Positions 54,823-64,000 of a DNA stretch of 64,000 nt are shown here, piece after piece. The stretch is from Eledone cirrhosa. Taxonomy: Eukaryota. Made by a program: the position numbers and the translations under genes. The stretch spans positions 15,500,001 to 15,564,000 of the forward strand of contig OZ024764.1 of assembly GCA_964016885.1 (NCBI GenBank). Reading direction: 5' to 3'. The notes below the pieces were generated by a model, which worked only from the letters and a program-made list of their open reading frames with translations, had not been told where the DNA came from and searched no databases. Numbering within the stretch: position 1 is the first letter of the stretch; every line of letters begins with the position of its first letter.

Positions 54823-55628
54823 GTATGTATATATATATATATGTATGTATATGTATATATGTGTATGTATATGTATGTATATATATATATGTGTATGTAT
54901 ATGTATGTATATATATATATATGTATGTATATGTATGTATATATATATATGTATGTATATGTATGTATATATATATATATGTATGTATATGTATGTATAT
55001 ATATATATATGTATGTATATGTGTGTGTATGTATATATATATACATGTGTACGTGTGTGTATGTATATATATATACATGTGTACGTGTGTATACATGTGT
55101 ACGTGTGTGTATATGTGTGCGTGTATGTGTACGTATATATATGTGTGTGTGTACGTGTGTATATGTATATATATGTGTACGTGTGTATATATATATATAT
55201 GTGTACGTGTGTGTGTATATGTGTGCGTGTATATGTACGTATATATATATGTGTGTACGTATATATATATATATATATATGTCTGTGTGTACGTGTGTAT
55301 ATGTATATATATATGTGTACGTGTGTATATATATATATATGTGTGTGTGTGTATATATATGTGTGTATGTGTGTGTGTGTTTACGCACTATCTTGGGGGA
55401 TTGAAAATCGATGAAGTATTTCGTTAAAAATTGAATGTCTATCGATTTCTGTGTATATACCTTCTCTCTTCTTCACCTCTCTCATATATACACTCCCATA
55501 TATACACACGTCGATGGTGTATACAGAGACAGCCGCTTATTGTAATCACACCCAATATAGGAGAGTGTATATATTGTTTATTGTTATCAAATAGTTATAT
55601 AAAGATTCTGTATAGAGATGGTCACTGT

Positions 55629-55668
<40 letters not shown>

Positions 55669-56232
55669 TCTTTATTTATATAGATATATAGATATATATA
55701 TATATATATAGATATATATATGTCTGTCTGTCTCTCTGTCTCTTTCTCTGTCTGTCTGTCTGTCTGTTTGTCTCTCTCTGTCTGTCTGTCTGTCTCTTTG
55801 TCTGTCTCTCTCTCTCTCTCTGTTTGTCTGTCTCTTTGTCTGTCTCTCTCTCTCTCTCTGTCTGTCTGTCTCTCTCTGTCTGTCTGTCTCTCTGTCTGTC
55901 TGTCTGTCTGTCTGTTTCTTTTGGTTGAAATCATCAGGGTAGTTTCAAACGAATGAAACAGTCCTAGTTCTGTAGAAGTCATGTCTAAATGGAATAAATA
56001 TGAACCTACTCTACTAAATGTATTGAGTACTTTAACTGGTTTTCCTGTTATCTCTCCCTCCATCATCATCATCATCATCACTGTTTAACATCTATTTTTC
56101 CACACTTCCATGGGTAAATGGGTCATCACATTGACACATGTCAGGTCAGGAGACCATGTTTTGCTCATACAGATCTGTATTTTGGTTTTGGTTTCTACAG
56201 CTGGATACCCTTCCTAACTCTAACCACACTAC

Positions 56233-58780
56233 AGAGTGGACTGGGTGCATTTATCGTGGCACCAGCATGGCTACCTTGCAGAGTAGACTGGGTGCTTTTT
56301 ATCGTGGCACCAGCATGGCTACCTTGCAGGGTAGACTGGGTGCTTTTTATCGTGGCACCAGCATGGCTACCTTGCAGGGTAGACTGGGTGCTTTTTATCG
56401 TGGCACCAGCATGGCTACCTTGCAGGGTAGCCTGGGTGCTTTTTATCGTGGCACCAGCATGGCTACCTTGCAGGGTAGACTGGGTGCTTTTTATCGTGGC
56501 ACCAGCATGGCTACCTTGCAGGGTAGACTGGGTGCTTTTTATCGTGGCACCAGCATGGCTACCTTGCAGGCTAGACTGGGTGCTTTTTATCGTGGCACCA
56601 GCATGGCTACCTTGCAGGGTGGACTGGGTGCATTTATCGTGGCACCAGCATGGCTACCTTGCAGGGTGGACTGGGTGCTTTTTATCGTGGCCCCAGCATG
56701 GCTACCTTGCAGAGTAGACTGGGTGCTTTTTATCGTGGCACCAGCATGGCTACCTTGCAGGCTAGACTGGGTGCTTTTTATCGTGGCACCAGCATGGCTA
56801 CCTTGCAGAGTAGACTGGGTGTTTTTTATCGTGGCACCAGCATGGCTACCTTGCAGAGTAGACTGGGTGTTTTTTATCGTGGCACCAGCATGGCTACCTT
56901 GCAGAGTAGACTGGGTGTTTTTTATCGTGGCACCAGCATGGCTACCTTGCAGGCTAGACTGGGTGCTTTTTATCGTGGCACCAGCATGGCTACCTTGCAG
57001 GCTAGACTGGGTGCTTTTTATCGTGGCACCAGCATGGCTACCTTGCAGGCTAGACTGGGTGCTTTTTATCGTGGCACCAGCATGGCTACCTTGCAGGCTA
57101 GACTGGGTGCTTTTTATCGTGGCACCAGCATGGCTACCTTGCAGGGTAGACTGGGTGCTTTTTATCGTGGCACCAGCATGGCTACCTTGCAGGGTAGACT
57201 GGGTGCTTTTTATCGTGGCACCAGCATGGCTACCTTGCAGGGTAGACTGGGTGCTTTTTATCGTGGCACCAGCATGGCTACCTTGCAGAGTAGACTGGGT
57301 GCTTTTTATCGTGGCACCAGCATGGCTACCTTGCAGAGTAGACTGGGTGTTTTTTATCGTGGCACCAGCATGGCTACCTTGCAGGGTAGACTGGGTGTTT
57401 TTTATCGTGGCACCAGCATGGCTACCTTGCAGAGTAGACTGGGTGCTTTTTATCGTGGCACCAGCATGGCTACCTTGCAGGGTAGACTGGGTGCTTTTTA
57501 TCGTGGCACCAGCATGGCTACCTTGCAGAGTAGACTGGGTGCTTTTTATCGTGGCACCAGCATGGCTACCTTGCAGAGTAGACTGGGTGTTTTTTATCGT
57601 GGCACCAGCATGGCTACCTTGCAGGGTAGACTGGGTGTTTTTTATCGTGGCACCAGCATGGCTACCTTGCAGAGTAGACTGGGTGCTTTTTATCGTGGCA
57701 CCAGCATGGCTACCTTGCAGAGTAGACTGGGTGCTTTTTATCGTGGCACCAGCATGGCTACCTTGCAGAGTAGACTGGGTGCTTTTTATCGTGGCACCAG
57801 CATGGCTACCTTGCAGGGTAGACTGGGTGCTTTTTATCGTGGCACCAGCATGGCTACCTTGCAGAGTAGACTGGGTGCTTTTTATCGTGGCACCAGCATG
57901 GCTACCTTGCAGAGTAGACTGGGTGCTTTTTATCGTGGCACCAGCATGGCTACCTTGCAGAGTAGACTGGGTGCTTTTTATCGTGGCACCAGCATGGCTA
58001 CCTTGCAGAGTAGACTGGGTGCTTTTTATCGTGGCACCAGCATGGCTACCTTGCAGAGTAGACTGGGTGCTTTTTATCGTGGCACCAGCATGGCTACCTT
58101 GCAGAGTAGACTGGGTGCTTTTTATCGTGGCACCAGCATGGCTACCTTACAGAGTAGACTGGGTGTTTTTTATCGTGGCCCCAGCATGGCTACCTTACAG
58201 AGTAGACTGGGTGCTTTTTATCGTGGCACCAGCATGGCTACCTTGCAGGGTAGACTGGGTGTTTTTTATCGTGGCACCAGCATGGCTACCTTGCAGGTTA
58301 GACTGGGTGTTTTTTATCGTGGCACCAGCATGGCTACCTTGCAGAGTAGACTGGGTGTTTTTTATCGTGGCACCAGCATGACTACCTTGCAGAGTAGACT
58401 GGGTGTTTTTTATCGTGGCACCAGCATGGCTACCTTGCAGGGTAGACTGGGTGCTTTTTATCGTGGCACCAGCATGGCTACCTTGCAGAGTAGACTGGGT
58501 GTTTTTTATCGTGGCACCAGCATGGCTACCTTGCAGAGTAGACTGGGTGTTTTTTATCGTGGCACCAGCATGGCTACCTTGCAGGGTAGACTGGGTGTTT
58601 TTTATCGTGGCACCAGCATGGCTACCTTGCAGGGTAGACTGGGTGCTTTTTATCGTGGCACCAGCATGGCTACCTTGCAGGGTAGACTGGGTGCTTTTTA
58701 TCGTGGCACCAGCATGGCTACCTTGCAGAGTAGACTGGGTGCATTTATTGTGGCATCAGCATGGCTACCTTGCAGGGTGT
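56233..58780. repeat. 48-bp minisatellite (~53 copies) growing out of an RTE/SINE tail
   Basis: unit AGTAGACTGGGTGCTTTTTATCGTGGCACCAGCATGGCTACCTTGCAG; preceded by tail sequence at 56060-56232. Confidence 0.95.
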
Positions 58781-58814
58781 ACTGTATATATATATATTTG
58801 ATAAAATGCTTTGC

Positions 58815-58876
58815 CTTGTACATTCTGGGGTCGATTCTTCCTTTATATCTCTTCCTCATTTCTTTTCTCTCCTTCA
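58815..58876 (-). CDS. candidate exon of an unidentified second gene (M-KERKEMRKRYKGRIDPRMYK)
   Basis: good acceptor tatttctttcag; open charged peptide; 3' boundary uncertain (only a weak GC donor). Confidence 0.35.
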
Positions 58877-59448
58877 CTGAAAGAAATATGTGTTAAGACA
58901 AGGAGAGAGGGAGGGCTTCCATGGGGTTAAAGTGTTCAAGACTTAGAGAGAAGGGCTTCAACAGGTTTGAAGTATCCAACACAAAGAGGGAGGAAGGATT
59001 TCAACAGGTTTCTAGTGTCCAAAAATTGCTGTATGTCCCAACAGTGCCTCTGCCACTCTACCAAAAGCTATGGGCCCACACCTTCATAAATACAAATAAT
59101 ACATTTTAAAAGGTGTGAGCTGTAACATGATAGGACTGGGGTCCCTATCATTAAAACACGAGAAACATCCTATGAGATAAAACCTTGTAGGAGGCCAGCT
59201 AAACCTACATAGGTGTGAGCTGTAACATGATAGGACCGGGGTCCCTATCATTAAAAGACATAGGTGTGAGCTGTAATATTCCATATGAACCCTTCACAGT
59301 TGCCAACCCCAGCAACCCACTGCTACTGCTAACCCCTCATTTAAGGGCAGGTGTGTCTGTGACCTTCAGTGATTAGTGTATTAGTCACAGGTGCTCAGAT
59401 ACAGACCCACCTTCCCATGCCAGGTACCACAGATAGCTAGGAACTCAC

Positions 59449-59486
59449 TCAACATCTCTACTCTTTCACCTTTCTTCTCCAGGAGA
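59449..59486 (-). CDS. candidate exon of an unidentified second gene (LLEKKGERVEML)
   Basis: gtgcag acceptor, strong A|gtgagt donor; phase 1 fits the candidate exon at 58815-58876; no homology recognised. Confidence 0.35.
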
Positions 59487-59489
59487 CTG

Positions 59490-62400
59490 CACACACACCT
59501 GTACTGTAAATGATGAGGTAGACCACACACATCTGTACTGTAAATGATGAGGTAGACCACACACACCTGTACTGTAAATGATGAGGTAGACCACACACAC
59601 ACCTGTACTGTAAATGACCAGGTAGACCACACACACCTCTGTACTGTAATTGACGAGGTAGACCACACACACACCTGTACTGTAATTGACCAGGTAGACC
59701 ACACACACACCTGTACTGTAAATGACGAGATAGACCACACACACACCTGTACTGTAAATGACAAGGTAGACCACACACACCTGTACTGTAAATGACGAGG
59801 TAGACCACACACACACCTGTACTGTAAATGACGAGGTAGACCACACACACCTGTACTGTAAATGACAAGGTAGACCACACACCTGTACTGTAAATGACAA
59901 GGTAGACCACACACACACCTGTACTGTAATTGACCAGGTAGACCACACACACACCTGTACTGTAATTGACCAGGTAGACCACACACACACCTGTACTGTA
60001 AATGACCAGGTAGACCACACACACACCTGTACTGTAAATGACGAGGTAGACCACACACACACCTGTACTGTAATTGACGAGGTAGACCACACACACACCT
60101 GTACTGTAAATGACGAGGTAGACCACACACACACCTGTACTGTAAATGACAAGGTAGACCACACACACACACACCTGTACTGTAAATGACGAGGTAGACC
60201 ACACACACACCTGTACTGTAAATGACAAGGTAGACCACACACACACACACCTGTACTGTAAATGACGAGGTAGACCACACACACACCTGTACTGTAAATG
60301 ACGAGGTAGACCACACACACACCTGTACTGTAAATGACAAGGTAGACCACACACACACACACCTGTACTGTAAATGACAAGGTAGACCACACACACCTCT
60401 GTACTGTAATTGACGAGGTAGACCACACACACACCTGTACTGTAAATGACGAGGTAGACCACACTCCTGTACTGTAAATGACCAGGTAGACCACACACAC
60501 ACCTGTACTGTAAATGACGAGGTAGACCACACACACACACACACCTGTACTGTAAATGACGAGGTAGACCACACACACACCTGTACTGTAAATGACGAGG
60601 TAGACCACACACACACCTGTACTGTAAATGACGAGGTAGACCACACACACACACCTGTACTGTAAATGACGAGGTAGACCACACACACCTGTACTGTAAA
60701 TGACAAGGTAGACCACACACACACCTGTACTGTAAATGACAAGGTAGACCACACACACACACCTGTACTGTAAATGACGAGGTAGACCACACACACACCT
60801 GTACTGTAAATGACGAGGTAGACCACACACACACCTGTACTGTAAATGACGAGGTAGACCACACACACACCTGTACTGTAAATGACGAGGTAGACCACAC
60901 ACACACCTGTACTGTAAATGACGAGGTAGACCACACACACACCTGTACTGTAAATGACGAGGTAGACCACACACACACACACCTGTACTGTAAATGACGA
61001 GGTAGACCACACACACACCTGTACTGTAAATGACGAGGTAGACCACACACACACCTGTACTGTAAATGACGAGGTAGACCACACACACACCTGTACTGTA
61101 AATGACGAGGTAGACCACACACACACACACCTGTACTGTAAATGACGAGGTAGACCACACACACACCTGTACTGTAAATGACGAGGTAGACCACACACAC
61201 ACACACCTGTACTGTAAATGACGAGGTAGACCACACACACACCTGTACTGTAAATGACGAGGTAGACCACACACACACCTGTACTGTAAATAAGGTAGAC
61301 CACACACACACACCTGTACTGTAAATGACGAGGTAGACCACACACACACCTGTACTGTAAATGACAAGGTAGACCACACACACACACCTGTACTGTAAAT
61401 AAGGTAGACCACACACACACCTGTACTGTAAATGACGAGGTAGACCACACACACACACCTGTACTGTAAATGACAAGGTAGACCACACACACACACCTGT
61501 ACTGTAAATGACAAGGTAGACCACACACACACCTGTACTGTAAATGACGAGGTAGACCACACACACCTCTGTACTGTAAATGACGAGGTAGACCACACAC
61601 ACACCTGTACTGTAAATGACGAGGTAGACCACACACACACCTGTACTGTAAATGACAAGGTAGACCACACACACACCTGTACTGTAAATGACAAGGTAGA
61701 CCACACACACACCTGTACTGTAAATGACGAGGTAGACCACACACACACCTGTACTGTAATTGACGAGGTAGACCACACACACACCTGTACTGTAAATGAC
61801 GAGGTAGACCACACACACACCTGTACTGTAAATGACAAGGTAGACCACACACACACCTGTACTGTAAATGACGAGGTAGACCACACACACACCTGTACTG
61901 TAATTGACGAGGTAGACCACACACACACCTGTACTGTAAATGACAAGGTAGACCACACACACCTGTACTGTAAATGACGAGGTAGACCACACACACACCT
62001 GTACTGTAAATGACAAGGTAGACCACACACACACACACCTGTACTGTAAATGACGAGGTAGACCACACACACACCTGTACTGTAAATGACAAGGTAGACC
62101 ACACACACACACACCTGTACTGTAAATGACGAGGTAGACCACACACACACCTGTACTGTAAATGACGAGGTAGACCACACACACACCTGTACTGTAAATG
62201 ACAAGGTAGACCACACACACACACACCTGTACTGTAAATGACGAGGTAGACCACACACACACCTGTACTGTAAATGACAAGGTAGACCACACACACACAC
62301 ACCTGTACTGTAAATGACGAGGTAGACCACACACACCTCTGTACTGTAATTGACGAGGTAGACCACACACACACCTGTACTGTAAATGACGAGGTAGACC

Positions 62401-63500
62401 ACACACACACCTGTACTGTAAATAAGGTAGACCACACACACACACCTGTACTGTAAATGACCACAGATACACACCTGTAGTGTAAATGACCAGATACACA
62501 CCTGTACTGTAAATGACCACACACACACCTGTACTGTAAATGACCACAGATGCACACCTGTACTGTAAATGACCAGATACACACCTGTAGTGTAAATGAC
62601 CAGATACACACCTGTAGTGTAAATGACCAGATACACACCTGTAGTGTAAATGACCACACATACACACCTGTAGTGTAAATGACCACACATACACACCTGT
62701 AGTGTAAATGACCACACATACACACCTGTAGTGTAAATGACCACATACACACCTGTAGTGTAAATGACCACATACACACCTGTAGTGTAAATGACCACAT
62801 ACACACCTGTAGTGTAAATGACCACATACACACCTGTAGTGTAAATGACCACATACACACCTGTAGTGTAAATGACCACATACACACCTGTAGTGTAAAT
62901 GACCAGATACACACCTGTAGTCTAAATGACCACATACACACCTGTAGTGTAAATGACCACATACACACCTGTAGTGTAAATGACCACATACACACCTGTA
63001 GTGTAAATGACCAGATACACACCTGTAGTGTAAATGACCAGAGACACACCTGTAGTGTAAATGACCAGATACACACCTGTAGTGTAAATGACCACATACA
63101 CACCTGTAGTGTAAATGACCACATACACACCTGTAGTGTAAATGACCACATACACACCTGTAGTGTAAATGACCACATACACACCTGTAGTCTAAATGAC
63201 CACATACACACCTGTAGTGTAAATGACCACATACACACCTGTAGTGTAAATGACCACATACACACCTGTAGTGTAAATGACCACATACACACCTGTAGTG
63301 TAAATGACCAGATACACACCTGTAGTGTAAATGACCACATACACACCTGTAGTGTAAATGACCACATACACACCTGTAGTGTAAATGACCAGATACACAC
63401 CTGTAGTGTAAATCACCACATACACACCTGTAGTGTAAATGACCACATACACACCTGTAGTGTAAATGACCACAGATACACACCTGTAGTGTAAATGACC
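59490..63500. repeat. bipartite minisatellite: ~36-bp unit switching to a 27-bp unit near 62460
   Basis: CCTGTACTGTAAATGACGAGGTAGAC(CA)n then CCTGTAGTGTAAATGACCACATACACA. Confidence 0.95.
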
Positions 63501-63724
63501 AGTCTTATTTTTGTGCCTGTCCAGTGTTGCAAACTCCTTGTGCCACCTACATCCACTTAAGCTTTGACCACTCGGCTATGTCCACCTACAAGACCAGTGA
63601 CCACTCACCCATGTTCACCTACACAGTGACTACTTAGCTATGTCCTACACAGGTAGGGTCATACTGTCAAACACACACACACCAGTTGAGGTTCACTTGA
63701 GTTTTTATTATCAACTAATTGTTT

Positions 63725-64000
63725 ATTATCAACTAATTGCCTTTAGCTCGATTGTTGTTACAGATGGGAGGTTAAGTTTTTCTTCACTACTTATGCTTGA
63801 TGTTCCAAGGGGCGTGAAGCTCTTTAGGAAACTTTTCCTGGATTTAAGGTGGCTTTTGGCTGGCACATGGCTGAAGAGAGGATATTTTTGATCTGTAGTC
63901 TGTTGTTGACGCTTTCTTGCTTGGTGCACTTTGTCGTATCTCTGGTGTGGCTATGCCGGCCAGGATATACACAGACGGACAGTAAGTATAGATTTCAGGA
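63725..64000 (-). mobile_element. I-group (Ingi/Vingi-like) LINE C-terminal fragment
   Basis: YILAGIATPEIR...YPLFSHVPAKSHLKSRKSFL (one frameshift) resembles the LAGIAPPxIRR...HPL...RLKSR motif; clade assignment from memory. Confidence 0.6.

Noticed and set aside
56138-58896. 747- and 748-aa repeat ORFs
   Set aside because: 48-bp minisatellite derived from a retroelement tail
59381-63483. ORFs over 1100 aa with Cys/His periodicity (zinc-finger-like look)
   Set aside because: Open in all three frames of a tandem repeat; no real finger spacing

Overview
Eukaryotic, extremely microsatellite- and repeat-rich DNA. The SINE/MITE families resemble those I recall from octopod cephalopods (inference). 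One gene is well supported: a minus-strand TBC1D10A/EPI64-family Rab-GAP with nine coding exons (33158 down to 2394), all GT-AG and phase-compatible; its last exon(s) lie left of the window. Weak evidence exists for exons of a second minus-strand gene near 58.8-59.5 kb. Nearly all long ORFs in the track are simple-repeat artefacts. Introns and flanks hold tRNA-derived SINEs, RTE, R4/Dong-like and I-group LINE relics, a solo LTR, hAT and piggyBac-type MITEs, a Helitron and many minisatellites. The most striking unannotated signal is about nine type I hammerhead-ribozyme motifs from several families. They sit in short, ORF-less, often fold-back elements lodged in (TA)n tracts, resembling Penelope-like pseudo-LTR relics. 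Also notable: one ~49-bp RTE-3'UTR/SINE segment has seeded five separate minisatellites; an RTE shows a twin-priming-type 5' inversion; a codon-precise 1.8-kb inversion splits another RTE; and an intronic array amplifies a real splice acceptor.
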